From assembly GCA_963823255.1 (NCBI GenBank), contig CAWGKU010000002.1, forward strand, positions 52,907 through 116,906: a DNA stretch of 64,000 bases, in the 5' to 3' direction. The stretch's first letter is position 1. The number at the start of each line of letters is the position of its first letter. The DNA comes from an uncultured Actinomycetes bacterium (GTDB taxonomy: Bacteria; Actinomycetota; UBA4738; HRBIN12). The notes under the pieces are model-generated. The model saw only the letters and a program-made list of their open reading frames with translations. It was not told the origin of the DNA and made no database searches. The position numbers and the translations under genes were made by a program. This document shows, piece after piece, positions 18,799 to 29,611 of the stretch.

Positions 18799-20026
18799 CC
18801 TCGGGGAGGTACTCGAACGCCACGTCGCCGATCACGACCTCGTCGCCGCGCCGGGCGCCCGCGGAGGCGAGCTCGCGCTCGACCCCTTCCTTGACCAGCC
18901 GGCGCTGGAGCCGCGCGAGCTTCTCGGGATCCTCGAGATCGGTCTCGGACACCCAGGTCTCCACGCCGCGACCGATCACCCTGAACCGCTCCCCCTCCTT
19001 CTTCACGATGAACCTCGGGCGGGCCGGGCGGAGCACCACGTACGCGCTGCGTTCCTCCGCCACCGCAGCCGCCCCGCGCGCGAACGACGCGATCCGTTCT
19101 CGCAGGGTGTCCAGCCCTTCCCCCGTGACGGCCGAGAGGGCGACCGCCCCGCTGCCGAGCGTCGACTGCGCGTCGGTACCGGGCGCGAGATCGAGCTTCG
19201 TGCCGACGACCAGGTTCGGCCTGGTCGCGAGCGAGGGGTCGTACGCGCGGAGCTCCTCGCGGACGGTCGCCAGGTCGGCGGGGGGATCCGGCGTCGAGAG
19301 GTCCACGACCAGCACGAGCGCTCGGCACCGGCTGACGTGTCGAAGGAACCGATGCCCGAGGCCCTTGCCTGCGTGCGCGCCCTCGACGAGCCCCGGGACG
19401 TCGGCCACGACGAACCGTTCATCCTCCCCGGCCACGCCGAGGTTGGGCGACAGGGTGGTGAACGGGTAGTCGGCGATCTTCGGGTGGGCGGCCGTGAGTG
19501 CAGCGAGGAGCGTCGACTTACCCGCGTTGGGCAGGCCGATCAGGCCGACGTCGGCCACGGTGCGGAGCTCGACGGCGAGCCGCTTCTCCTCTCCCTGCTC
19601 GCCGCCTTCGGATCCCTTCGGCACGCGGTCGCGCGAGGTGGCGAGCGACGCGTTCCCGCGACCGCCCCGCCCGCCCCGGGCGAGGACCGCGCGCGCTCCG
19701 TCGCCGACCAGGTCGGCCAGCAGGCCGTGCTCGTCCTCGATCCGGGTCCCGTCGGGGACCCGGATCACGAGGTCCTTGCCCTCCGCCCCGGTCTTGCCGC
19801 GCTTGCCGCCCGCGCCCCCGCTCTCGGCCCGCAGGTGCGGGTGATCGGCGAGCCACGCCAGGTCGCGGATCCCAGTGGACACCTCGAACACGACGTCGCC
19901 CCCACGGCCGCCGTCGCCCCCGTCCGGGCCACCCCGCGGGTTGTACGGCTCGCGGAGGATCGAGGACGATCCGTGGCCGCCGTTGCCCCCACGGGCGAAC
20001 ACGGTGAGCTCGTCGACGTAGGTCAT
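18776..20026 (-). CDS. obg: GTPase Obg/CgtA
   Basis: Glycine-rich Obg fold at the N-terminus, G1 motif GLPNAGKSTLL, and an OCT domain. Start MTYVDEL at 20026. Confidence 0.9.
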   Translation of the reverse strand: MTYVDELTVFARGGNGGHGSSSILREPYNPRGGPDGGDGGRGGDVVFEVSTGIRDLAWLADHPHLRAESGGAGGKRGKTGAEGKDLVIRVPDGTRIEDEHGLLADLVGDGARAVLARGGRGGRGNASLATSRDRVPKGSEGGEQGEEKRLAVELRTVADVGLIGLPNAGKSTLLAALTAAHPKIADYPFTTLSPNLGVAGEDERFVVADVPGLVEGAHAGKGLGHRFLRHVSRCRALVLVVDLSTPDPPADLATVREELRAYDPSLATRPNLVVGTKLDLAPGTDAQSTLGSGAVALSAVTGEGLDTLRERIASFARGAAAVAEERSAYVVLRPARPRFIVKKEGERFRVIGRGVETWVSETDLEDPEKLARLQRRLVKEGVERELASAGARRGDEVVIGDVAFEYLPEGGRDGAA

Positions 20027-20060
20027 GGACAGATTGTGGCCGAACCCGCACGTCCACGGC

Positions 20061-20536
20061 ATGATGGGGGGGTGCCGAGAGCCGTGACCGTGTGGGCCGT
20101 CGAGCTCGGGAAGGACGTCGAGCCCGACGAGATCAAGGGCACGCTCGAGCTCAGCGACCAGGCCCTGCTGTTCTCGCCGGACGAGGAGGCACGCCCGGCG
20201 ATGCGGATCGCCCTGCACGACATCGCCAAGGTCCGTCGCCTCCGCGGCTCACCGGTCCTGATGGTGGAGCGGACCACGTCGGCAGGCGCCAGGAAGACCG
20301 CCTTCTACTTCGCGCAGCCCCCGCCGCTCGCGGTGCTCATGGGGGCTCCGGTGGAGCGGCCGGTCGGGTTCGACCGGTTCCGGAGCCCCAAGCGCAAGGC
20401 GCGGCGGGACAACGTCGGCTACCTCGGCCTCATGAACCGCGAGAAGAAGTCGGCGCTGACCGAATGGGTTCGGGCGGTCAAGGACGCGGTGTCGAAGGCC
20501 GCGTCGGGACCGGATCAGGCGGCGGCGCAGGGCTGA
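20061..20536 (+). CDS. Hypothetical protein (158 aa) encoded between obg and rpmA on the opposite strand
   Basis: This is the C-terminal 158 codons of shadow ORF 18428..20536. It has protein-like composition (LELSDQALLFSPDEEARPAMRIALHDIAKVRRL...) and an ATG at 20061. Confidence 0.45.
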
Positions 20537-20573
20537 ACGAGGGTCGGATGTTCGGCGAGCGGGTGCGGCCGGG

Positions 20574-20825
20574 CTAGGGAGCCTGGACGGAGGCGTACCG
20601 GCGGCCGCGCGACTGGTGATACGAGACGATCCCCGGCTGCATCGCGAAGAGGGTGTCGTCCCCTCCACGGCCCACGCCTTTGCCGGCGTGGATCCGGGTC
20701 CCGCGCTGGCGCACGATGATCGAGCCGGCGGTCACTTCCTGACCGCCGAACACCTTGACCCCGAGGCGCTTGGACTCGGAGTCTCGTCCGTTGCGGGACG
20801 AGCCGCCGCCCTTCTTGTGTGCCAT
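20574..20825 (-). CDS. rpmA: 50S ribosomal protein L27
   Basis: [29 protein letters not shown]. Confidence 0.9.
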   Translation of the reverse strand: MAHKKGGGSSRNGRDSESKRLGVKVFGGQEVTAGSIIVRQRGTRIHAGKGVGRGGDDTLFAMQPGIVSYHQSRGRRYASVQAP

Positions 20826-20857
20826 CGCGTGTTCGAGCCTACCAGAGGGTTCCCGCG

Positions 20858-21262
20858 CTATTCCGCGGCTTCGGTGGCCTCGGCGGGTTCGGTGGCTGCC
20901 TCGTCCTTGGCGGGCTTCTTCTCCGCCTTGGGGGCCGCCGCGCGCTTGGGCGCGCTCCCCAGTTTCACGTCGGCGATCTCGATCAGCGTCATCAGCTGCC
21001 GGTGGCCCTGCCGGCGGGCGTAGCCCGACTTGTTCTTGTACTTGAACACGTGGACCTTGTCGCCCTTCTGCTCGCCGAGCAGCTTGGCCGTGACGACCGC
21101 CTGCGCGGCCTCCTTGCCGTAATGCGTCTTGCCGTCGTCGTCGACCACCAGCAGGGGCTGGAAGGTGACCGTGTCGCCATCGGCCTGCATCAGCTCGATC
21201 TCGAGCACGTCGCCCGTCTTCACCTTGTGCTGCTTGCCACCGGCCTTGATGACCGCGTACAT
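20858..21262 (-). CDS. rplU: 50S ribosomal protein L21
   Basis: [23 protein letters not shown]. Confidence 0.9.
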   Translation of the reverse strand: MYAVIKAGGKQHKVKTGDVLEIELMQADGDTVTFQPLLVVDDDGKTHYGKEAAQAVVTAKLLGEQKGDKVHVFKYKNKSGYARRQGHRQLMTLIEIADVKLGSAPKRAAAPKAEKKPAKDEAATEPAEATEAAE

Positions 21263-21277
21263 CGTGTCTCCTATCGC

Positions 21278-23435
21278 TCAGTTGACGTCGTAGGTGAGGA
21301 GCAGCCCTCGACCCTCGCAGGTCGGGCACGTCTCCGAGAACGCCTCCAAGAGTCCACCAGACACGCGCTTGCGCGTCACCTCCAGGAGCCCGAGCGGGCT
21401 GATGTCGAAGACCTGGCTCCGCGACTTGTCCTGGGCGAGCGACTCCTTCACGGCATCGATCACCTTGCTCTTGTTCTGCTCGAGCAGCATGTCGATGAAG
21501 TCGATCACGATCATGCCGCCGATGTCCCGGAGCCGCAGCTGGCGAGCGACCTCGCTCGCGGCCTCGAGGTTGGTGTTCACCACGGTTTCCTCGAGGTTCG
21601 ACTTGCCCACGGACTTGCCCGTGTTGACGTCGATGACGGTCATCGCCTCGGTGCGATCGATCACGAGGTAGCCGCCGGAGGGAAGCCACACCTTGCGGTC
21701 CAGGCCCTTGTGGATCTGCTCCACGATGTGGAACTCCTCGAACGCCGGCAGAGGGCCCTCGTGCAGCCGCACCTTCGAGAGCACGTCGGGCGCGACGTCG
21801 CGGAGGTAGTCGGTGATCAGGCCGAAGATCCGCGGCGAGTCGGTGACGAGCTCCCGGTACTCCTCGTCGGTGAACAGGTCTCGAACGACCCGAAGGGTGA
21901 GCTCGGGCTCCTCGTACAGGACGGCCGGCGCCTTGGCCTTCTTCGAGAGCTTCTCGATCTGGGCCCACTCCTCGAGCAGGCGCTGGAGGTCCAACGCGAG
22001 GGCCTCCTCGGAGGCGCCCTCCGCGGCGGTGCGCACGATCAGCCCGTGCTCCTTGGGCTTGAGGTTCTTCACGAACGTCTTCAGACGACGGCGCTCGGCG
22101 TCGGGGAGCCGCCGGCTGATGCCGGAGACCTCCGAGTTCGGCGCGAGGACGAGGAAGCGGCCGGGCAGCGAGATCTGCGCGGTCAGCCGGGCGCCCTTGC
22201 CGCCGATCGGGTCCTTGGTCACCTGGACCAGGACCGACTGGCCGTTCTTCAGCACGTGCTCGATCCGGGGCGGTGCTCCTTCGAGATCCTCGGGCGACCA
22301 GTTCACCTCGCCGGCGTACAGGACCGCGTTCCGACCGCGACCGACGTCGACGAACGCCGCCTCCATCCCCGGCAGGACGTTCTGGACGCGGCCGAGGTAG
22401 ACGTTCCCGACCATCGACCGAGCGCCCGCTCGGGTGACGTAGTGCTGGACGAGCTCGCGCTCCTCGAGCACGGCGATCTGATCGCGCTCCCCGTGCTGGG
22501 TGATCACCATCAGCTTGTCGGTGACCCGCGGCACGATCGGCATCGACTCGCGCCGGCGACGTACCGTCGTCCGGCCCTGCCGCTGGCGGCGCAGACGCGT
22601 CGGCGCGGCGCGCTCGCTCTCGTCCGTCTTCGGTTCGGCCTTGGCCTTCTTCGGCTGCTCGGTCTTCTTCCGCGTGGTGGTCTTCGCGGCGGCGGACCTG
22701 CGCTTGGGGGCCGGCTCCTGTCCGTCCGCGTCCGCGGCCTCCGCGGTCTCGCCCGCCGGCTTGGCCTTGCTCCGGCCTCGTCCGCCGCGCGAACGGCGAC
22801 GGCGGGTCCCGGTCTTGGTTCCGGTCGTTCCGTCCATCGTTCCCTCTGGCGTTCCCTCTGGCGTTCCCTCTGGCGTTCCGTCTGGGGTCTGGCCGTCCGG
22901 CGACTCGGGCGACGTCTCCGTGCCCGGCTTCGCCTCCGTGGTCGCGGTGTCGCTCGACGACGCGGTCCCGGAACCTGAACCCGAGCCGCCCCGGCCTCGG
23001 CCGCGACCGCCGCGCGAGCGCCGGCGCGCGCCGGCCGGGCGCGGGCCGGTGTCCACGCGCTCGACCTCGCCCGGCTGAGCGTCGAGATCGACCTCGGGCT
23101 GCTCGTCCGCTTTCGCGGTGGCGCGCTGCCTCGGGGCGCGTGAGCTTCGCGCCGGTGGGGTGTCGCCGTCGGACGAGGTCGGATCCTTCGTCGTGGCGCC
23201 GCCGTCCTCGGCAGCCGCGCCGTCTCCGGCCGCCTTGCCGGTGCCGGTGCCGGAGCCCCCGCGCCCGCCGCGACCGCGGCCGCCGCGCCGCCGGCGCCTG
23301 CGAGCACCCGAACCCGGCGCGGAGCTTCCGCCCCCGCCGGACCCGGAGCCCGCCGAGCCACCATGGGTGGAACCCGGCGCCTCGACCGGTTCGGCGATCT
23401 CCGTCCTGGAGGCTCCCGAACCCGTGTCGTCGTTC
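21278..23435 (-). CDS. rne: Ribonuclease E/G family endoribonuclease with Arg/Gly-rich disordered N-terminus
   Basis: S1 domain ([25 protein letters not shown]), an RNase E catalytic core, and a Zn-link CPTCEGRG. The start is uncertain: the ORF continues to 23812. Confidence 0.8.
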
Positions 23436-23946
23436 ATCGTCGCTCCCTTCGTCTGGGGAGGGGCGGCGGCGGTGCTCGCCGAGGGGACGGGGTCGGTCGC
23501 GCGGGAACGCTCGGTTGGGCGTCGGGTCGTGACGGGCTGGCCGGACGGCCTGGCCTCATCTGATGGACGCACGGTCCCGGGGACGTCGTCCCCCTGACCT
23601 TGCGGCGCTTCGTTGCGCACGCGGAAAGCCCCGTTCTCGGCGGGCTCTTCCGGCCGCGGCCCTCCGGGTTCGGTCCCGGGGCCGGCGTGGCCGGCGCCTC
23701 GCCTCTCCTTACCTCGCCGGTTCCTCGCGGCCCCATGGCCGCAACCCGGCGGGCAAACCTGGTTCCAAGGATACCGGACGCCGATGGCCCCGAACGGCAT
23801 CTGGGACAGCAACCCTGGTGCGTGCCTGGACCCACCCGCGCATGCTGACTAGGTAGATGAACCTACCCACGGTGTCGGTTCCAGCGTCCTACGAAACCCT
23901 CGCTCGTCGGATGGCGCCGCACCCCACCCCGCCCGAGACTTCGCAC

Positions 23947-25116
23947 ATGGAACCGGCGGTCCTTCCCCGCCCGGTCGACCACAGTAGGCCGATCCGGGTC
24001 CTCGTCGTGGACGACAACGCCGGCTTCCGCGAATCCCTCCTGTCGCTCCTGGAGGCCGGGAACCTCCAGGTCGTCGGCGAGGCGGGCTCGGGCGCCGAGG
24101 CCCTTGGACTCGTCCGGTCGCTCACCCCCGACGTGGTCCTGATGGACGTCCGGATGCCCACGATGGACGGCATCGAGGCCACCCGCCTGCTGAAGGCGGA
24201 CTTCCCCGACCTCGGGGTCGTCGCGCTCTCGGGCCACGAGGACCAGGAGATCGTCCGGGGGATGCTCGTCGCGGGGGCGTCCGGCTACGTCCTGAAGGAC
24301 TCCGACGGCGACGAGATCCTGACCGCCGTCAGCCGCGCCGCCGAGGGTGGCGCGCTCCTGTCCTCCGAGGTGACCCCGCACGTGATCGAGGAGCTGACCG
24401 AGGCGCTCGAACGCGAGCGGCGCCGCATCCGCGAGCTCGAGGCGGCGCAGGATGCGCTCGTCGAGCGTTCTGCGCGGCGCCAACAGCTGGTGGCCCGGCT
24501 CTCCCACGAGCTGCGCACCCCGGTGACTGTGATCCTCGGCGTTGCCCAGACGCTCGCCGAGGTGAAGGCCTCACCCGAACAGGAGGAGGAGCTCCTGGCT
24601 CGCCTCGTGACCCGGGCTCGCGACCTCGCGCAGCTGGTGGAACGGTTCGAGCTCGCGATCGACGCCGGGCTCACCGAACGCGTGGACGTCGGCGACGTCG
24701 CCCGCGACGTCTCCGCGCGCGACCAACGCGTCCGCGTCACCACCGGGGACGGTCTGCCGCCCGCGAACCTGAACCGGGGCGTCGCCAGCCGGATCCTCGA
24801 GGAGCTGGTGGACAACGCGCTGCGCTTCTCGACCGAGGCGACCGGGGTCGAGGTGCAGGTGACGGCCGCGGCCGCGACCGGTGCGATCGAGGTGCGGGTC
24901 GTCGACGGGGGGCCGGGGATCGATCCGCGCGAGCACGAGCGGGTCTTCCGTCCCCTCGAGCAGCTCGAGGAGCTGAACGTCCGGGTCCACCAGGGGGCCG
25001 GCATGGGCCTCGCGCTCGCGCGCACCGCCGCGCGAGCGATGGGCGGCGACGTCGTGATCGAGACCTCCAGCAGCGCCGGTTCGACGTTCCTGTGGACGAT
25101 CGCGCTCTCGAGCTGA
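23947..25116 (+). CDS. Cytoplasmic hybrid signalling protein: receiver (REC) domain fused to HisKA + HATPase_c
   Basis: REC domain (IRVLVVDDNAGFRE...DVVLMDVRMPTMDG), H-box SHELRTPVTVILG, and G-box GAGMGLALARTAARAMGG. No TM segment. Confidence 0.75.
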   Translation: MEPAVLPRPVDHSRPIRVLVVDDNAGFRESLLSLLEAGNLQVVGEAGSGAEALGLVRSLTPDVVLMDVRMPTMDGIEATRLLKADFPDLGVVALSGHEDQEIVRGMLVAGASGYVLKDSDGDEILTAVSRAAEGGALLSSEVTPHVIEELTEALERERRRIRELEAAQDALVERSARRQQLVARLSHELRTPVTVILGVAQTLAEVKASPEQEEELLARLVTRARDLAQLVERFELAIDAGLTERVDVGDVARDVSARDQRVRVTTGDGLPPANLNRGVASRILEELVDNALRFSTEATGVEVQVTAAAATGAIEVRVVDGGPGIDPREHERVFRPLEQLEELNVRVHQGAGMGLALARTAARAMGGDVVIETSSSAGSTFLWTIALSS

Positions 25117-25123
25117 CGCTCGC

Positions 25124-26260
25124 TCAGACGAACCGGCGCATGTGCACGTTCAGCAGCAGGCCGACCGAGGCGAGGTTCAGGAGCAGCGAGCTCCCCCCGT
25201 AGGAGACGAACGGCAGCGGGATGCCCGTGATCGGCATGATCCCGACGTTCATCCCGACGTTGACGAACATCTGCAGCGCGAACATCGAGGCGATCCCCGC
25301 CGCCAGGTACGTACCGAACGGATCCCGCGACAGCAGCGCGACGCGGAACGCCCGCCACAGCAAGATCCCGTACAGCCCGAGCAGGACGACGGACCCCATG
25401 AACCCGAACTCCTCGCCGATGACCGTGAAGACGAAGTCCGTGTGCTGCTCGGGGACGAAGTCCAGGTTCGTCTGCGATCCCTTCCCGAACCCGACGCCCG
25501 TCAGCCCGCCCGACCCGATCGCGATCTCGGCCTGCTCGCGGTTGTGGAGCGCGTCTGCGCTCACGCTCGTCGGGTCGAGGAACGCCTGGAGGCGCTCGAT
25601 CTGATATTCGCGCACCAGGCCCACCTGGAAGCCCGCGACGATCAGCACCACCGCCGTGAGCGCCAGCACGACGAGGTACCGCGCCCGAGTCCCCGCGACC
25701 ACGAGCATCCCGACCAGGATCGCCGCGAACACGATCGAGGACCCGAGGTCGGGCTGCAGGAACACGAGGAACGCGGGGATCGCCGCGAGGCCCGCGGTTC
25801 GGAACACGTCCTGGAGCGTGAGGTCGCCCCGCAGCTCCGACAGGAACGCCGCGAGCATCGCGACCAGCGCGAGCTTGGCGATCTCGGAGGGGGCGAGCTG
25901 GAAACCGAAGAGCTCGAACCAGCGCTGCGCGCCCTTCACGCTCGTGCCGAACGGCGTTCGGACCAGCACCAACAGCACGAGCGAGGACACGTAGATCATC
26001 CCGGCGTAGACCTTCAGCAGCCGGTAGTCGAAGCTCACCGCCAGCATCAGCACGACCGCGCCGACCGCCAGGAACGTGAGCTGGCGCTTCACGAACCGGC
26101 CGGGGTCCAGGTGCACGGCCGCGAGCGACTGGTGGGTGGCCGAGTAGATCGCGAACAAGCCGATCACCGCGAGCCCGATCGCCGCCGCCAGCAGGATCGG
26201 GTCGATATGGCGGAACGCGTGCCGCTCCCCCGCCACCACCCGGCCGGTCGCCAGCTCCAT
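25124..26260 (-). CDS. rodA: SEDS-family peptidoglycan polymerase RodA
   Basis: 378 aa from the ATG at 26260, which overlaps the stop of the upstream PBP2 gene (ATGA). Multi-TM protein of the FtsW/RodA family. Confidence 0.85.
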   Translation of the reverse strand: MELATGRVVAGERHAFRHIDPILLAAAIGLAVIGLFAIYSATHQSLAAVHLDPGRFVKRQLTFLAVGAVVLMLAVSFDYRLLKVYAGMIYVSSLVLLVLVRTPFGTSVKGAQRWFELFGFQLAPSEIAKLALVAMLAAFLSELRGDLTLQDVFRTAGLAAIPAFLVFLQPDLGSSIVFAAILVGMLVVAGTRARYLVVLALTAVVLIVAGFQVGLVREYQIERLQAFLDPTSVSADALHNREQAEIAIGSGGLTGVGFGKGSQTNLDFVPEQHTDFVFTVIGEEFGFMGSVVLLGLYGILLWRAFRVALLSRDPFGTYLAAGIASMFALQMFVNVGMNVGIMPITGIPLPFVSYGGSSLLLNLASVGLLLNVHMRRFV

Positions 26261-28212
26261 CAGTCGGTCCCCGCCACATCCGTGAACTGGGAGAAGTCCA
26301 GGCCGTAGAGGCCCTCGATGATGTGGCGTGCGATCGGCGCGGCGGTCGTCGCGCCGTGGCCGCCCTGCTCCACCAGGACCACCACGACGTGCTCCTGCCC
26401 GCCGGCCGCGGTCATCGCCGCGAACCACGAGTAGTCCTGCTTGGGCGGAACCTCCGCGGTCCCGGTCTTGCCCGCCACCCAGACGTCGTTGAAGGGGAAG
26501 CCGGCGAACGCGGCCGCGGCGGTCCCGCTGCCCGTCATCGTCCCGGTGAGCGCGTCGCGCACGTAGGCGAGGTACTTGTCGTCGATCCGCACGTGCTTGC
26601 GGCAGTTCTGTTGATAGTGGCGCACCACGGTCTCGTCCGGTGCGACCACCCGGTCCAAGACGTGGGGGACGCACTCCTTGCCGTCGTTCTCCAGCGCGCC
26701 GTACGCGGCGGCGAGTTGTAACGGGGTGACGAGCGTGTCGCCCTGCCCGATCGTCATCAGGATGAAGTCGCCGGGGAACCACTCCCCTTCCGGGAACGAC
26801 TGGGGGTACTGGTCGTGGATCGACTGTTTCCACTCGGCGGTGGGGACCCGCCCGTCCTGCTCGAACGGGAGGTCGACCCGCGTCTGCGCGCCGAACCCGA
26901 AGCTCCCGAGGTCGTGTTGCAGTGGCTCGTGCGAGGTGACTCCGTTCGCGGCCTCGTCATCGTTCACGTAGAACATGTCCCAGTAGCGGTAGCCCATCGG
27001 GTAGAAGACCGTGTCGCACGACCGGGCGAGCGCCGTCGAGAGGTTCATGAACCCGAGGTTCGCCGTCGTCCAGTTGTTGAACACGTACTGCATCGCTGCC
27101 GGGTCGCTCTGGTCGAAGGGCGCGGTCCAGCTCGGAGGGCAGCCGTACGACTGGCCGGTCGTGACGATGTCGCGCTGCAACGCGGAGGCCGCGACGAACG
27201 GCTTGTACGTCGACCCGGGCGGGTACTGGCCCTGGATCGCACGGTTCAGCAGCGGGTAGCTGTGCCCCGCACCGAACCGACGCTCGAACTCCTCCTGCGA
27301 GAAGCCCCGCGTGAACAGGGCGGGGTCGAACGTCGGGAAGGAGGCCATGGCCTCGATCGCGCCGGTCTGGGGGTCGAGCACGATCGCGGCCCCGGCGTTC
27401 GCCTTCAGGTAGCCGCTGTCGGACTCCACGACCGTGCGGGCGTGCTGGATCCCGGCCTTGAGCGAGTCCTCGGCGAGCTGCTGCGTGCCGGCGTCCAGCG
27501 TGAGCCACACGTCGTCGCCGGCGACGGGCCGCTGCCGGCCGATCAGGCCCAGGTTCTCCCCGATCGAGTTGACCCGGTACTTGACCAGGCCGCGCGTGCC
27601 GGCGAGGTAGCGCTCGTAGATGCCCTCGATCCCCGAGACGCCGATCACGTCCCCCGGCGAGTAGTCCGCGAACCCAGGGTCCTTGAGCTTTGCCTTCGAG
27701 ATCTGGCCGAGGTACCCCAGGACGTGGGCGCCCGCCGACCCCAGCGGGTATCGCCGGACCGGCACCGAGAGCACGTCCACCCCCGGGAAGTCCTCTTGAT
27801 GCTCCTTGATGAAGTACGCGACGCGTTTGGGGACGTCGGTGGCGACCGGGATCGGGCTGAAGACGTAGTAGCGCGGATCGTCCAGCCGCGCGCCGAGCTC
27901 GTCGGCGGGGATGTCGAGCAGCTCGGACAGGTCGAGCAGGACGCTCTCGGTCTGATCACCGAGCTCCTGCCGGTTGATCGTGATGACCACGCTCCCGCGG
28001 TTCTGGACCAGGATCGTCCCGTTCGCGTCCTTGATCACCCCTCGAGGCGCCGGGACCTCGATCAGGCGCACCGCGTTGTCCGCGGCCTCCCGCTTGAGCT
28101 CCTCGGAGGCGAGCACCTGCAGGAACCACAGGCGCGTCGTGAGGGCCGCGAACATCGCGAGCACCAGCAGGGCGAGGACCTTCACGCGCAGACCCATCCT
28201 GGGCTCGGTCAC
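26260..28212 (-). CDS. mrdA: Penicillin-binding protein 2 (class B transpeptidase)
   Basis: 650 aa with a PBP dimerisation domain and a transpeptidase domain carrying SxxK and KTGTAE-type motifs. Confidence 0.9.
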   Translation of the reverse strand: MTEPRMGLRVKVLALLVLAMFAALTTRLWFLQVLASEELKREAADNAVRLIEVPAPRGVIKDANGTILVQNRGSVVITINRQELGDQTESVLLDLSELLDIPADELGARLDDPRYYVFSPIPVATDVPKRVAYFIKEHQEDFPGVDVLSVPVRRYPLGSAGAHVLGYLGQISKAKLKDPGFADYSPGDVIGVSGIEGIYERYLAGTRGLVKYRVNSIGENLGLIGRQRPVAGDDVWLTLDAGTQQLAEDSLKAGIQHARTVVESDSGYLKANAGAAIVLDPQTGAIEAMASFPTFDPALFTRGFSQEEFERRFGAGHSYPLLNRAIQGQYPPGSTYKPFVAASALQRDIVTTGQSYGCPPSWTAPFDQSDPAAMQYVFNNWTTANLGFMNLSTALARSCDTVFYPMGYRYWDMFYVNDDEAANGVTSHEPLQHDLGSFGFGAQTRVDLPFEQDGRVPTAEWKQSIHDQYPQSFPEGEWFPGDFILMTIGQGDTLVTPLQLAAAYGALENDGKECVPHVLDRVVAPDETVVRHYQQNCRKHVRIDDKYLAYVRDALTGTMTGSGTAAAAFAGFPFNDVWVAGKTGTAEVPPKQDYSWFAAMTAAGGQEHVVVVLVEQGGHGATTAAPIARHIIEGLYGLDFSQFTDVAGTD

Positions 28213-28228
28213 GCCGGTTCCTTGGCGC

Positions 28229-28735
28229 TCACCATCGGGCGACCCGGCGCGATCGCGAACCCTCGGCGGCGCGGCGCAGCAGCGGGTACACCAGCGGGGT
28301 CAGGATCGCGTTGTAGAGCGCCGAGAGCAGAGCCACACGGAACAGGTAGAGCCAGCCGACGTCCAGCTGGCCGAGCAGGAACGACACGACCCCGTAGAAG
28401 ACGACACCGGCGAACGTGCCCACCCCCACCAGCAGCACCGGCGTGACGGGCGAGGGACTCACGATGTACTGGCGAGCCATCCCGACCGCGTAGCCGAGGA
28501 GCGTGAGCGTGAGCGCCGTGATGCCCTTCGGGGCGTCCAGGAGGAAGTCCTGGGCCATGCCGCCCGCGAACCCCGTGATCGCCCCCGAGGCAGGCCCCTC
28601 CAAGATCGCGAAGCAGATCGTGAGCAGGTACATCAGCTCGGGCTTGGCGCCGAGCAGGTTGACCTCGGAGAAGACCGTGGTCTGGAGGATGAGCGCGGTC
28701 AGGATGACCGCCGAGAGCAGGAGCACGCGGCGCAC
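28229..28735 (-). CDS. mreD: Rod shape-determining protein MreD
   Basis: 168-aa polytopic membrane protein downstream of mreC. Confidence 0.7.
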   Translation of the reverse strand: MRRVLLLSAVILTALILQTTVFSEVNLLGAKPELMYLLTICFAILEGPASGAITGFAGGMAQDFLLDAPKGITALTLTLLGYAVGMARQYIVSPSPVTPVLLVGVGTFAGVVFYGVVSFLLGQLDVGWLYLFRVALLSALYNAILTPLVYPLLRRAAEGSRSRRVARW

Positions 28736-28746
28736 GGACGACGACC

Positions 28747-29604
28747 CTACCCTCGCGTGTCACGGGAGAGCACCACGAGCACGAGGGACAGGGAGGAGAA
28801 GTCCACCGCGGGCCGGACCGTGAGGAGCTTCTCGGTGGCGGAGTCCTCGTCCAGGACCCGCGAGACCGTCCCGATCAGGATGTTGGGCGGGTACAGGCTC
28901 TCGGCCACGCCGGCGATGCGGTAGCCGGCGGTGACGACGTGCTCGTCCGGGGCGGCGTCGACCGACGGGTCGACGAGGCTCATCTCGAGGTCGGAGGGGC
29001 CCGCGCCCGAGAGCAACCCGGTCTGGCGCGAGACGTCGAGGCGACCGGCGACCGACGAGTCGGGATCGATGATCAGCTGCACGATGGACGAGTTCGACCC
29101 GACGCGCACCACGTGCCCGACGAGCCCGGCGCTGGAGACGACCGGCATGCCCACCGCGATGCCGCTGCTCGAACCCTCGTCGATCGTGATCGTCCATTCG
29201 AAGTTCGAGACGCCGTTGGCGATCACCTGGGCCGCCGTCGTCTCGATCCGATTCCCGAGGCTCTCCTGCAGGCCGAACAGCGCCTCCAGCTCGGCGAGAC
29301 GGGCCTGGTCGGCCCTGCCCTCGGCGAGCTGGGTCTCGAGCGCGTCGACGCGTTCGCGCAGGACGTCACGTTCGTGACGGATCGACGGCAGCCGGACCAG
29401 CGTCGAGAAGAAGTTCCCGATCGGGTGGGTGACCTTGGAGACGACCTCCTGCAAGGGGCTGATCACGGCGAGCGCGCCGTCCCCGAGCGACGCCAGCGGC
29501 CCCTGGGTCCCCTCGCGGTAGTCGACGGTGATCGTCACGAGCGAGATGGAGACCAGGGCCACGACCAGCAGGCGGGTGCTGCGCGCTCGGGTGCGCAGGG
29601 CCAC
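28747..29604 (-). CDS. mreC: Rod shape-determining protein MreC
   Basis: N-terminal TM and coiled coil, with a beta-rich C-terminus (GMPVVSSAGLVGHV). Confidence 0.8.
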   Translation of the reverse strand: MALRTRARSTRLLVVALVSISLVTITVDYREGTQGPLASLGDGALAVISPLQEVVSKVTHPIGNFFSTLVRLPSIRHERDVLRERVDALETQLAEGRADQARLAELEALFGLQESLGNRIETTAAQVIANGVSNFEWTITIDEGSSSGIAVGMPVVSSAGLVGHVVRVGSNSSIVQLIIDPDSSVAGRLDVSRQTGLLSGAGPSDLEMSLVDPSVDAAPDEHVVTAGYRIAGVAESLYPPNILIGTVSRVLDEDSATEKLLTVRPAVDFSSLSLVLVVLSRDTRG

Positions 29605-29611
29605 CGCGAAC

